DNA of 64,000 nucleotides, from positions 91,189 to 155,188 of the forward strand of contig DASXQR010000152.1 of the NCBI GenBank assembly GCA_036507075.1, given 5' to 3'. Within the stretch, counting starts at the first letter, position 1. Every line of letters begins with the position of its first letter. Of this stretch, positions 1 to 9,800 are shown one piece after another. The notes under the pieces are model-generated. The model was not told the DNA's origin and did no database searches. It saw only the letters and a list, made by a program, of their open reading frames with translations. Position numbers and translations under genes: made by a program. Source of the DNA: Acidobacteriota bacterium (lineage in GTDB: Bacteria > Acidobacteriota > UBA6911 > JACQSX01).

Positions 1-1758
1 GGATTCGTCAGTCAAAACGCCGAGTTAGCCAAGAAAGTACTTCTGGAGAGAAATGCAATAAAGGGCAACAGTATCGGCGTACGAATAGCCGTAAGCGGCT
101 TTCAGCCGGCGGGCTCGACAAAGAGCCGCGAATTTGGCTTCCCCAACGTCGCAGGCGCCGGTTCTCCACTTGTGCTCCAGAATAATTCCATCTTCGGTAA
201 CTTACAGTTCGGTGTCCGCATCGAAAATCGGAATACGGACCTGGGAGGTGGCTCATTCGGGAGTACAGGAGGTAACATCCTCTCGGCCAACGGTCAACTG
301 GATCTGACTAACGAATCTGGCGGTCGCATCTCGGCCAAGAACAACGTCTGGTCCAGTGCTGATCCGAATGAGATTCTAAGCAGGTATGTCACTCCTGGTG
401 CAGGGATCGACGTCGCTCCAGTCATGCCTGTACAGTCGAAGTACTTTGCTCAATTCGTCGAGTTGTCCGGCTTTACATCCAAGGCAACCCTGACCAATTC
501 GTCGCGTACCAATGGCGCTGCGGCATTACTTGCTTTTCGGAATTCTGCCGGTGTAGCGCAGAATGTACCACTTAACGGCAGCGACAGCGTTAACGGGCTG
601 CAGCCCGGGGCTGTCGCCGCGCTTGGAGCAGCTTCGTTTGCAACTAGCGCGGCAACGACGGCTGTCAATGTCGGCTCGCTCACTGTCGCCTCTGGCCGTC
701 CGCTTGCCGGGACTGTACTGTTTTCCGGCCCTTCGGGTGTTGCCGGAGTAGGCGCGTCTGAATTGCTTACTCAGTTCATCGCTCCTGTGGAAAGAAACAC
801 TGCCAAGTCCGTGAACTCCGGCGTCGCAATCACCAATCCGAATACGACGACGGCGGTTGGTGTCCAACTGCGGCTGCGCGAGAATTCTACTGGCCAGATT
901 CGGCAGGCGACGCTGCAGCTTGCGGCCGGCGGTCAGGCGGCTAAATTTATCGATGAGTTGTTTTTAGGATTGCCCAACGACTTCGTCGGCACATTAATCG
1001 CCGCTGCGCCGACACAGATTGCCGCAACCATCATTCGCACCAGTCCTGGCCAATTTGCCACATTGCCGGTGACCGGCGCCGGAGTGAAGAAGCTTCTCTT
1101 CGCACAGTTCGGCGAGGTGACGGGTGTCAGCTCGACACTCACCTTTGTGAATCCTTCCACGGACAAAACGGCCAACGTGACGGTGAAACTCTATGACGAC
1201 AACGGCGCCCCGCTCACTGTAAATCTGGGCGGTCAGGATCGGGCCGGGCAGTTTAACTTTAATGTGTCGCCGCAGAGTTCCGTCAGCTTCAGTTCTCCGG
1301 GAACGAGTGCTGCGGCCAAAGTTGGGTCCGTAGTTGTCGATTCGACTGAAAACATCGGGGGCACGATTCTGTTTGGCGGTGCATTTGGATTGGCAGGAGT
1401 GGGCGCAAGCCAGGCACTTTCAAACTTTATTGCGCCGGTTGAGCAAAGCGCCACAGGCAACGTGACCATCGGCGTGGCGCTGATGAACCTCGGCACGGCC
1501 GAAGTTACGGTTCGTCTGACGCTGCGCGATGAATCCGGTACGCCGCTCAGCAACGGCACCGTCGATGTAAAGCTGAAAGGTCTGGGCCACGATGCCAAAT
1601 TTATCGCCCAGCATTTCTCTAACCTGGATCTGAAAGATTTCCGGGGGACGATCACCGGAGAAGTCATAGGCCAGGGCCAGATCGGCGCCACGGTGATCCG
1701 ACAGTCAGGCGCGCCGCTGGAATTCGCGACGCTGCCGGTAGCGGAGATTATCCCTTAA
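1..1758 (+). CDS. 5'-truncated large surface protein ('gene A'): beta-helix-like repeats plus two tandem ~220-aa C-terminal domains (FAQF...TLPV)
   Basis: Frame is open from base 1 (GFVSQNAELAKKVLLERNAIKGNSIGVRI...). N-x-I-x-G-N repeats suggest a parallel beta-helix. Two internal copies of a domain starting FAQF and ending FATLPV. Confidence 0.75.
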   Translation, partial: GFVSQNAELAKKVLLERNAIKGNSIGVRIAVSGFQPAGSTKSREFGFPNVAGAGSPLVLQNNSIFGNLQFGVRIENRNTDLGGGSFGSTGGNILSANGQLDLTNESGGRISAKNNVWSSADPNEILSRYVTPGAGIDVAPVMPVQSKYFAQFVELSGFTSKATLTNSSRTNGAAALLAFRNSAGVAQNVPLNGSDSVNGLQPGAVAALGAASFATSAATTAVNVGSLTVASGRPLAGTVLFSGPSGVAGVGASELLTQFIAPVERNTAKSVNSGVAITNPNTTTAVGVQLRLRENSTGQIRQATLQLAAGGQAAKFIDELFLGLPNDFVGTLIAAAPTQIAATIIRTSPGQFATLPVTGAGVKKLLFAQFGEVTGVSSTLTFVNPSTDKTANVTVKLYDDNGAPLTVNLGGQDRAGQFNFNVSPQSSVSFSSPGTSAAAKVGSVVVDSTENIGGTILFGGAFGLAGVGASQALSNFIAPVEQSATGNVTIGVALMNLGTAEVTVRLTLRDESGTPLSNGTVDVKLKGLGHDAKFIAQHFSNLDLKDFRGTITGEVIGQGQIGATVIRQSGAPLEFATLPVAEIIP

Positions 1759-1987
1759 CCAGTGCATCTGAGTCCAAGCCTCCTGAGCGTGGCCTGCTGT
1801 TCCAAAACCAATTCACGGAGCGGCCTGCCCGTTAATTTGCAAATATTCGTGATGCGCGGCGAAACCTCCGCGAGCGATGGGGGAATGGCAGGTTTGCAGT
1901 TCTTGTTCCAGAAGATCGAAGGCCAGGCTCCGTTGTTGTCGCACCACGCGTGGCATTAGGTTTATACTCATGCGCGCGGTTTTTCGG

Positions 1988-2322
1988 GGCCGTTGGTTGA
2001 TCTTGATACACCGCCCGCCGATCGAATCCAGTGACATTACAGTCACCGCGACTTCCTTGCGCGCCCTTCAGGTCTATGCGCCGAAATCACAGCGGGCCGA
2101 CTATGTGAAGCCGCGGGAATGCCGGTTACCGATCAAGTCTATCGACGCGGGATCCGCTTTCTTCTGAACACCCAGCTCGAAGACGGGTCCTGGTATGTCC
2201 GTTCCCGTTCCATGCCTTTCCAGCCCTTTTTTGAAAGCGGATTCCCCCACGGACATGACCAGTGGATTTCCGCAGCCGCCAGCAACTGGGCCACCATGGC
2301 GCTGGCGCCGGCAGCGCGATAA
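1988..2322 (+). pseudogene. 3' remnant of a prenyltransferase/squalene-cyclase-repeat protein (usually ankyrin-fused), with internal deletion/frameshift
   Basis: RPPIESSDITVTATSLRALQVY in one frame, then RRGIRFLLNTQLEDGSWYVRSR...FPHGHDQWISAAA in another (QxxDGSW motif). No start or N-terminus. Confidence 0.65.
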
Positions 2323-2388
2323 GCCTTGAGGCTGCCGGGCCAATGTGCGGGCATTCAAGGCCATCGTTCCACCTCCTTGCCAGAGTGA

Positions 2389-2418
2389 TTGCAGCTTCAT
2401 CTGATATCGTTATATGAT
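2389..2418 (+). promoter_or_regulatory. sigma70-like promoter TTGCAG-N18-TATGAT, 6 nt before the antitoxin ATG
   Basis: Motifs read directly; no RBS, so probably leaderless. Confidence 0.5.
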
Positions 2419-2424
2419 GACGGT

Positions 2425-2655
2425 ATGCGGACCATCATTGACCTCCCGGAAGACCAGATTGAGGCGCTCGACGAGTGGTGCCGGCGAAAGAAGATCTCTC
2501 GCGCCGAGGCGATTCGCCAGGCGGTTGCCCAGCTTTTACCGCGCCACAAGTCGAGCTGGCGAAATCATCCTGCCGTGGGCTTGTGGAAGGGACAAAAAAG
2601 GCGGGCCGATTCGGTCGAATACGTCCGCCGCGTTCGGAAAGAGTGGCAGCGGTGA
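2425..2655 (+). CDS. vapB: CopG/ribbon-helix-helix antitoxin
   Basis: MRTIIDLPEDQIEALDEWCRRKKISRAEAIRQAV RHH pattern; GTGA overlap with the PIN gene. Confidence 0.8.
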   Translation: MRTIIDLPEDQIEALDEWCRRKKISRAEAIRQAVAQLLPRHKSSWRNHPAVGLWKGQKRRADSVEYVRRVRKEWQR

Positions 2656-3017
2656 AAGCGCTGTTCGATTCGAACATTGTAATTGACGCGCTCAAGGCCA
2701 TTCCGCTCGCTTTTGAGGAACTCGAGCGGTACGAGGAATGTCTGATCAGCCGCATCACATGGATCGAAATTCTTGCCGGAGCGGAGTCAATGCTCGAAGA
2801 GCAGGCATTTCGGGATTATCTGAAAAAATTCAGCATCCGCGAATTGGATGGACCGGTCAGCGAACGCGTCATCAGCCTGCGTCGGAAATACAAATTGAAG
2901 ATCCCCGACGCGATTATCTGGGCAACAGCCGAGCACGAAGGCTGTATCCTGGTCACGCGCAACACGAAAGATTATCCCAAAGACCTTCCGGGGATCCGGT
3001 TCCCGTATAGGCTATAA
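2652..3017 (+). CDS. vapC: PIN-domain toxin
   Basis: LFDSNIVID, E in ITWIEIL, PDAIIWATA, LVTRNTKDY. Confidence 0.9.
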   Translation: MKALFDSNIVIDALKAIPLAFEELERYEECLISRITWIEILAGAESMLEEQAFRDYLKKFSIRELDGPVSERVISLRRKYKLKIPDAIIWATAEHEGCILVTRNTKDYPKDLPGIRFPYRL

Positions 3018-3061
3018 CGCCGGGAAAAGAAAATGTTGCGGACTTTGGCGCATAACCGCGG

Positions 3062-3152
3062 TTAGTGCCGCGCAGACTGCATTTCGATGACTCGAATCCG
3101 GTGCTTGAGGTGGTGGATCTGGCGCCGGACCTCGTGCAGCTTTGTGTGGTCG
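3062..3152 (-). pseudogene. 3'-terminal 29-codon copy (B') of the gene at 4902-5234
   Basis: DHTKLHEVRRQIHHLKHRIRVIEMQSARH*: 28/29 aa identical to gene B; 12/91 nt differ by manual count, nearly all silent. Confidence 0.9.
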
Positions 3153-3386
3153 GGTAAATGGGGGACAGTCCCCTTTGGGTGGTAAATGGGGGACAGTCCC
3201 CTTTTTTCAGTCAATGGGGGACAGTCCCCTTTGGGTGGTAAATGGGGGACAGTCCCCTTTTTTCAGTCAAATGGGGACAGTCCCCTTTTTTCGGTCCCTT
3301 TTTTCGAGGGTCGATTTGAAACTCTGGTAAATGTAATACGGTTCTGTCCCCACATCCCCAATAGGTGTCTGTCCCCACATCCCCAC
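3153..3386. repeat. Array of five GGGGAC-A-GTCCCC palindromes plus two TGTCCCCACATCCCCA half-copies
   Basis: Read directly; the same motif occurs at 35655-35719 and 63974-63997. Confidence 0.9.
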
Positions 3387-3396
3387 GTCGATCCGC

Positions 3397-3822
3397 GTAG
3401 TCGACTCCACGGAAAACATCGGCGGGACGATATTGTTCGGCGGTAGTTTCGGACTGGCTGGAGCGGGAGCAAGCCAGGCGCTCTCAAATTTCATTGCACC
3501 GGTCGAGCAGAGCACCACCGGTAATGTGACGATCGGGGTGGCGCTGATGAACCTCGGCACGGCTGAAGTGACCGTCCGGCTGACACTGCGCGATGAATCG
3601 GGCACACCGCTGACCAACGGCACCGTCGATGTGAAGCTGAAAGGCCTTGGCCACGACGCCAAATTCATCGCCCAGCATTTCCCGAATCTGGATCTGAAGG
3701 ATTTTCGCGGCACAATAACCGGAGAAGTGGTAGGCCAGGGCCAGATTGGCGCCACCGTGATAAGGCAGTCTGGCGCGCCCCTTGAGTTTGCGACCTTGCC
3801 GGTGGCAGAGATTATTCCATAA
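3397..3822 (+). pseudogene. 3'-terminal 141-codon copy (A') of gene A (1333-1758)
   Basis: 135/141 aa identical, many synonymous differences, no 5' part. Confidence 0.9.
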
Positions 3823-3930
3823 GAATAACTCACCACAGAGGCACAGCCCGGCAAAGCCGCAACCACACGCGTCATCATCATTGTGCCTTTTGCACGCGAA
3901 GCAACGTTTCCTTCCGGCTTTTGTTCCGCT

Positions 3931-4461
3931 TCATTTCTTTTCCGGTCCGATGACGTCTTCGACGGATCGCCGGAAGGAAGCAGGGCTGATAGATGGATAG
4001 CGGTATAGTTGCGGCTCGATTTGCGAAAAGAACCGCCATGTTTCATCCGGCTCGATTAAGCCGCGCCGGATCATCTCGCGCACGTCGGCCAGATCCTGAT
4101 CGTGACTGCGTTCAATTTTTGCAAGAGCCTGGGAATACAGGTCGTAGTGATAAAAGGAAATCTTCCCTTCACGGGCGATGAAGACACTCCGGTCTTGCCA
4201 TCCAGGAAGCTCCGGAATGAAGTCGGCGGGCCAGGCCAGCTCCACGTTGATTTGCAGCGTCTCCTTCAATTTGGGAATCGCTCGCAGCAACAAGTCATGT
4301 TCCGGGATAAAGCGTACGTCGACGTCGATAGTCGCCTGGCGCCATCCAAGCAGAACAGCAGTTGCACCTCCGGTCAGATAGAAACGGGTTTCCTGCTGCG
4401 TTTCAAGTGCGATGGCACGCAGGAAACGCCAGATCCGGTCTGCATCCGCTATCTGGCGCAT
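3931..4461 (-). CDS. DUF6036/AbiEii-like nucleotidyltransferase, putative toxin
   Basis: FYLTGGATAVLLGWRQATIDVD (GG...T-x-D-x-D) and late K-x-x-R...D-x-x-D motif. Confidence 0.75.
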   Translation of the reverse strand: MRQIADADRIWRFLRAIALETQQETRFYLTGGATAVLLGWRQATIDVDVRFIPEHDLLLRAIPKLKETLQINVELAWPADFIPELPGWQDRSVFIAREGKISFYHYDLYSQALAKIERSHDQDLADVREMIRRGLIEPDETWRFFSQIEPQLYRYPSISPASFRRSVEDVIGPEKK

Positions 4462-4724
4462 TCCGCTGCACGTTCGAAGCTTACCAGGCGGCGAATCAGG
4501 GCATTGTAACGGGAGTGTGCGCCATCGGGATCGGATTCGGCAAGCTTGCGATACAGCCGTTGCTCCGGCAAGGAAATGGTCGAATTCGGCAGCGAGAAAC
4601 CGAGCCTTCTAAGCCTGGGCGCGCCGATAGAGACGAGCAGCGCAGGAATGGTTTCAACGCCCCTGTACAGGTCCTCGATGCCAGCCTGCACCAGTTCATT
4701 CCCCGGAAGCTGGTCTGTCCGCAT
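4449..4724 (-). CDS. Small partner protein of the nucleotidyltransferase, putative antitoxin
   Basis: 91 aa, overlaps the downstream NTase start; TGn-TAACAT 7 nt upstream. Confidence 0.6.
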   Translation of the reverse strand: MRTDQLPGNELVQAGIEDLYRGVETIPALLVSIGAPRLRRLGFSLPNSTISLPEQRLYRKLAESDPDGAHSRYNALIRRLVSFERAAECAR

Positions 4725-4764
4725 TCGCTTTATGTTAACACGGCCGGCTAAATCGATCTGCAGC

Positions 4765-4884
4765 CATCAGTGCCCGCGCTTCAGCCCCAGACGGACCGCC
4801 AGGCGCGCCGCGGGCTGACGCCGCCGCGGTACTGACGCTGGACAGATAGCACAAAGATCTTTGTGTTCTTCGTGTCTTTGTGGT
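4765..4884. repeat. REP-like element (CCGCGGGCTGACGCCGCCGCGGTACTG) plus a CACAAAG-type hairpin
   Basis: About 70 bp resemble 55502-55568. Confidence 0.7.
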
Positions 4885-4901
4885 GCATAACTTCGGTTTC
4901 G

Positions 4902-5234
4902 TCAGTGCCGCGCCGATTGCATTTCAATTACGCGGATGCGGTGCTTGAGATGGTGGATCTGGCGCCGGATTTCATGCAGCTTTGTGTGGTCGTGAGCCTG
5001 GACCAGACCGTCGCGCTGCGTCTTCAACTGGTGGATCTGATGCTTCAGCTCGGACTTGGTGTGGACCACGTTGTCGGAAAAATGCACGTGGGGCTTTTCA
5101 ATTCCCAGGGCATGGGCCAGCTCGTCCATCAGTTGCTCTTTGTGCTTCCCGTGCACAGCCTCAATCTGGGGAAACTTCAGCGCCTCTTCGCGCAGCTTTA
5201 CAACAGTCATCTTTTCCAAATCTTTCCATTCCAT
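4902..5234 (-). CDS. 'Gene B': small His-rich protein with a Rho-N-like N-terminus and coiled coil
   Basis: MEWKDLEKMTVVKLREEA...KEQLM resembles Rho_N/SAP-like helices; AGGGGG RBS. Confidence 0.7.
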   Translation of the reverse strand: MEWKDLEKMTVVKLREEALKFPQIEAVHGKHKEQLMDELAHALGIEKPHVHFSDNVVHTKSELKHQIHQLKTQRDGLVQAHDHTKLHEIRRQIHHLKHRIRVIEMQSARH

Positions 5235-5315
5235 ACAGAACCCCCTTATGGTTTGGTGAATCGGTGTTGAACTGTGGATTACGGAATCTATAAGGCGGAT
5301 TATATTCCCACTCTG

Positions 5316-5378
5316 ATTCACCACAAAGACACAAAGGACACAAAATCAAAATTTGTGTCTTTGTGCCTTTGTGGTTTT
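5316..5378. repeat. CCACAAAGACACAAAG inverted repeat (REP-like, possible terminator)
   Basis: Arms read directly, just downstream of gltD. Confidence 0.8.
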
Positions 5379-5379
5379 T

Positions 5380-6828
5380 TTAGTTGAGCGGGGCCGGGAG
5401 TTCGGAGTTTCCCATCAGGAACTGGTCGACGCCGCGGGCGGCCGATCGGCCTTCGGCGATGGCCCAGACAATCAGCGACTGGCCGCGCTGCATGTCGCCG
5501 CACACGAATACGCCGGGCACGCTGGTCATCCAGTTTTTGTCGCGCCACACGTTGCTTCGTTCCGTAAGCCGCACGCCCAGTTCCTCGAGCAATCCGTTGC
5601 GCTCCGGCCCGATGAAACCCATGGCCAGCAGCACCAGCTCCGCATCGAGGATGAATTCGCTGCCGGGAATCGCGCGGAAGCCGACATTTCCATTCTCGCG
5701 AACCATTTCGGCCTTGACTGCTTCGAGCTGCCGGACTCTGCCGTCTCCGTCTCCGATAAATCGCTGCGTCGAAACCGAGTAAACCCGCTCGCCGCCCTCT
5801 TCATGCGCCCCGGAAACACGAAAAATGTTGGGCCACTGAGGCCACGGGTTGTCGATGCCGCGCGTATCGGGAGGCCGCGACAACAGTTCGAATTGATGAA
5901 CTGAGCGGGCCTTCTGGCGATGCACCGTGCCCAGACAGTCGGCTCCCGTGTCGCCGCCGCCGATGATCACCACGCGTTTCCCTTCGGCGCTGACGAAATC
6001 TGAATCCGGAACATAGTCTCCTTCGCAGCGGCGATTCTGGAGCGTCAGGTAATCCATGGCGAAATGAATGCCCTGGAGCTCGCGGCCCGGAATTTTCAAG
6101 TCGCGCGGCCAGCGGGCCCCGCCGGCCAGCACCACGGCGTCATAGTCAGACTTCAACTGCGCGGCCGGCAGCGTCACACCCACATTTACACCGGTGCGAA
6201 ACTCCACGCCTTCTTCCTGCATGATGCGCAGTCGCCGGTCCAGGAATCGTTTTTCCATCTTGAATTCCGGGATACCGTAGCGCAGCAGGCCGCCGATTCG
6301 ATCGTCGCGCTCGTAAACGGTGACATGGTGCCCGGCGCGGTTCAACTGCTCGGCTGCGGCCAGGCCGGCCGGACCTGAACCGACCACGGCCACCCTCTTC
6401 CCGGTGCCCACCGCCGGGGGTTTCGCAGCGATCCATCCCTCGTCGAAAGCCCGTTCTATGATCGACAGCTCCACGCCCTTGATTGTGACCGGATCATCGC
6501 TGATTCCGAGAACGCACGACCCCTCGCAGGGAGCAGGACAGAGGCGACCCGTCCATTCAGGAAAATTGTTTGTGGCGTGCAGACGGTCAATGGCTTCGCG
6601 CCAGTGATCGCGGTAAACCAGATCATTAAAATCGGGGATGATGTTCCCGAGCGGGCAACCCTCGTGGCAGAAAGGAATGCCACAATCCATGCAGCGGGCC
6701 GCCTGCATCTGCAGTTCTTCCTTCGGATAAGGAAGATAAACCTCCTGCCAGTCGCGAACGCGCTCCTGCACCGGCCGCGCCGGAGGCTTCTTGCGCTTGA
6801 TCTCAATAAAGCCCGTAATTTTACCCAC
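5380..6828 (-). CDS. gltD: Glutamate synthase small subunit
   Basis: GKITGF start (GTG overlapping gltB stop), [22 protein letters not shown]. Confidence 0.97.
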   Translation of the reverse strand: MGKITGFIEIKRKKPPARPVQERVRDWQEVYLPYPKEELQMQAARCMDCGIPFCHEGCPLGNIIPDFNDLVYRDHWREAIDRLHATNNFPEWTGRLCPAPCEGSCVLGISDDPVTIKGVELSIIERAFDEGWIAAKPPAVGTGKRVAVVGSGPAGLAAAEQLNRAGHHVTVYERDDRIGGLLRYGIPEFKMEKRFLDRRLRIMQEEGVEFRTGVNVGVTLPAAQLKSDYDAVVLAGGARWPRDLKIPGRELQGIHFAMDYLTLQNRRCEGDYVPDSDFVSAEGKRVVIIGGGDTGADCLGTVHRQKARSVHQFELLSRPPDTRGIDNPWPQWPNIFRVSGAHEEGGERVYSVSTQRFIGDGDGRVRQLEAVKAEMVRENGNVGFRAIPGSEFILDAELVLLAMGFIGPERNGLLEELGVRLTERSNVWRDKNWMTSVPGVFVCGDMQRGQSLIVWAIAEGRSAARGVDQFLMGNSELPAPLN

Positions 6829-9800
6829 CGCCGGCACCCACCAGTTCTTCAAAGGTGGCTTCGCGCTGTTCGGCGCGCGCCCGCGCTTCTGCCTGAAGGA
6901 CCCGCTTGTAGTCTCTGGGCATGACTTTAATGAACTGTTTTTGCATCGAAATCCAGTTGGTCAGGATTCCGGCGGCATAGCCGGACTGTGTTGCGTCGAA
7001 GTGTCGCGCAATCAGGTCGCGCACCGTTTCGATGTCTTCCGGCTGATCCAGCGGTCCCAGGTCGACCATTCCCAGATTGCAGCGCTGCGCAAACTTGCCT
7101 TCGCGGTCGAGCACGTAGGCGATCCCTCCGCTCATCCCGGCGGCGAAATTGCGTCCCGTCCTGCCCAGCACAACCACCCGTCCGCCGGTCATGTATTCGC
7201 AGCCGTGGTCGCCCACTCCCTCAACCACGGTCAGCGCGCCGCTGTTGCGCACGGCGAATCTTTCGCCTGCAACGCCCCGCACAAAAGCTTCACCGCTGGT
7301 GGCGCCGTAGAGCGCCACGTTGCCGATGACGATGTTTTCTTCCGGAACGAAAGTTGAACCCCGGGGCGGATAAACCACCAGCTTCCCGCCGGACAATCCC
7401 TTCCCCCAGTAGTCATTGGAGTCGCCTTCCAGCGTGAGCGAAATCCCTTTCGGCAGGAACGCGCCGAAGCTCTGTCCGGCCGAGCCGTTAAAATGAATGC
7501 GAATCGTGTCGTCGGGAAGACCCGCGCCGCCCCAGCGCGAAGTGAGCTCGTATCCCAGCATGGTCCCCACAGTACGATTCACATTTCGAATGGGAAGCGA
7601 GAACCGGATCGGCTTTTTGTAAAGCAAAGCCTGCTTGCAGCGGGAAATCAATGCGTTATCCAGCGCCTTTTCAAGCCCGTGGTCCTGAGCGCGCACGCGT
7701 CGCCGCGCAACCGACGGCGGCATATCCGGCTGGTGGAGTATCGAGGAATAGTCCAGCCCTTTGGCCTTCCAATGGTCCAGGGCCGGCTTGAAATCGAGTC
7801 GATCGACCCGGCCGATCATTTCATCCATAGTCCGAAATCCCAGCCGTGCCATCCGCTCGCGCACTTCTTCGGCGATGAAGCGGAAAAAATTCTCCACAAA
7901 CTCAGGCTTGCCGTTGAAAAGCTTGCGCAGTTCCGGATCCTGCGTGGCCACTCCGACAGGGCAGGTGTTCAAGTGGCAAACACGCATCATTACGCATCCC
8001 AGCACCACCAGAGGAGCAGTGGAAAAACCGAATTCTTCAGCACCCAGCAAAGCGGCGATCACCACATCGCGCCCGGTCTTCATCTGCCCGTCCACCTGAA
8101 CCACGATGCGGTCGCGCAGTTTGTTCATCACCAGCACCTGCTGCGTTTCCGCCACACCCAGCTCCCACGGTATGCCGCCGTGCTTGATGCTGGTCAGAGG
8201 CGATGCTCCGGTGCCTCCGTCGTGCCCGGAGATCAGCACCACATCGGAATGAGCCTTCGCCACGCCTGCGGCAACGGTTCCCACACCCATTTCCGCCACC
8301 AGCTTTACGTGCACGCGCGCTTTCGGATTGGCGTTTTTCAAGTCGTGGATCAGTTGCGCGATGTCTTCAATGGAATAAATGTCGTGGTGCGGAGGCGGTG
8401 AAATCAGCCCTACACCGGGCGTGGCATAACGGACTTTGGCGATCCAGGGATAAACCTTATGTCCCGGAAGCTGCCCGCCTTCGCCGGGTTTGGCGCCCTG
8501 CGCCATTTTGATCTGAAGATCATCGGCATTAACGAGATATTCGCTGGTTACCCCGAAACGCGCCGAGGCGACCTGCTTGATGGCGCTGCGCCGCCAGTCT
8601 CCATTTCGGTCCCGCTTATACCGAGCCGGGTCTTCTCCTCCTTCGCCGGTGTTGGATTTGCCGCCCATGCGATTCATGGCGATGGCCAGAGTCTCATGCG
8701 CCTCGGCGCTGATCGAGCCGTAGGACATGGCTCCGGTTGCAAAGCGCTTGATGATGGACTCGATGGGCTCTACTTCCTCAATGGGGACCGGCGCGGCCGC
8801 CTCTTTCAGTTCAAAAAGGCCGCGCAGGGTGGCCAGACGGCGGTTCTGATCGTCCACCAGACCGGTGTATTCCTTGAAGATCTTATATTGTCCCGAGCGC
8901 GTCGCGTGCTGCAGCTTGAAGACAGTTTCAGGATTGAATAGATGGAACTCGCCGTCGCGCCTCCATTGGTACTCTCCGCCCCACTCCAGCTCCGGCTCGC
9001 TCACCGGGCGCGGCGAGAAGGCGCGCTCGTGACGGCGGCGCCCTTCCTCGGCGACGATATCAATACCGATTCCTTCCACGCGCGAGGGCGTCCAGGTGAA
9101 ATAGCGGTCGATAAATTCCTTGTTCAATCCGATGGCCTCAAAAATCTGGGCGCCGCAATAGCTCTGCAGCGTGGAGATGCCCATCTTGGACATCACTTTC
9201 AAAATTCCCTTGTTTAGCGACTTGATATAGTTTTTGACCGCCTTCTTATGGTCGATGCCGGGCAGCAGTCCCTGGCGAATCATGTCATCCAGGGATTCAA
9301 ACGCCACCCACGGATTGACTGCGCCCGCTCCATAGCCGATCAGCAGAGACACGTGGTGCACTTCGCGCGCATCTCCGGTTTCGATCACCAGCGCGCAGCG
9401 CGTGCGCGTGCCTTCACGAACCAGGTGATGATGGATGGCCGCCGTCGCGAGCAAACTTGGAATGGGCGCACATTCTTCGTTCACGCCGCGATCGCTGAGA
9501 ATCAGGATGTTGTGTCCTTGTGCGATCGCCTGGCTGGCCCGCGCCTGCAGGGTTTCAATGGCATCGCCCAGTGCTTCACCGCCGCCGTTTACACGGTAGA
9601 GCATGGGTAGGGTATAAGCCCTGAACGCATCGAGCGGACTCTCACTCTCCCTCTCTCCCTCTCTCCCTCTCTCCCGCTCTCCATCCCTCCGTCCCTCCGT
9701 CCCTCCGTCTCCCCTTTCCCCAACCCCAAGGTGCTTAATCTTGGCCAGCTCGTCATTATCAATGATGGGATACTTGACCTTGATCTGGCGGCAGGATTCC

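Noticed and set aside
1813..1990. Short ORFs after gene A
   Set aside because: No recognisable motif or RBS.
3153..3304. Palindrome array as a CRISPR array
   Set aside because: Linkers are about 14 nt and repeat rather than being unique; no cas genes.
1333..3822. A/A' as the template and variable repeats of a diversity-generating retroelement
   Set aside because: Differences are mostly synonymous, involve all four bases rather than adenines only, and no reverse transcriptase is present.
2322..4900. Integron cassette array
   Set aside because: No intI gene and no convincing attC (RYYYAAC...GTTRRRY) sites; genes point both ways.
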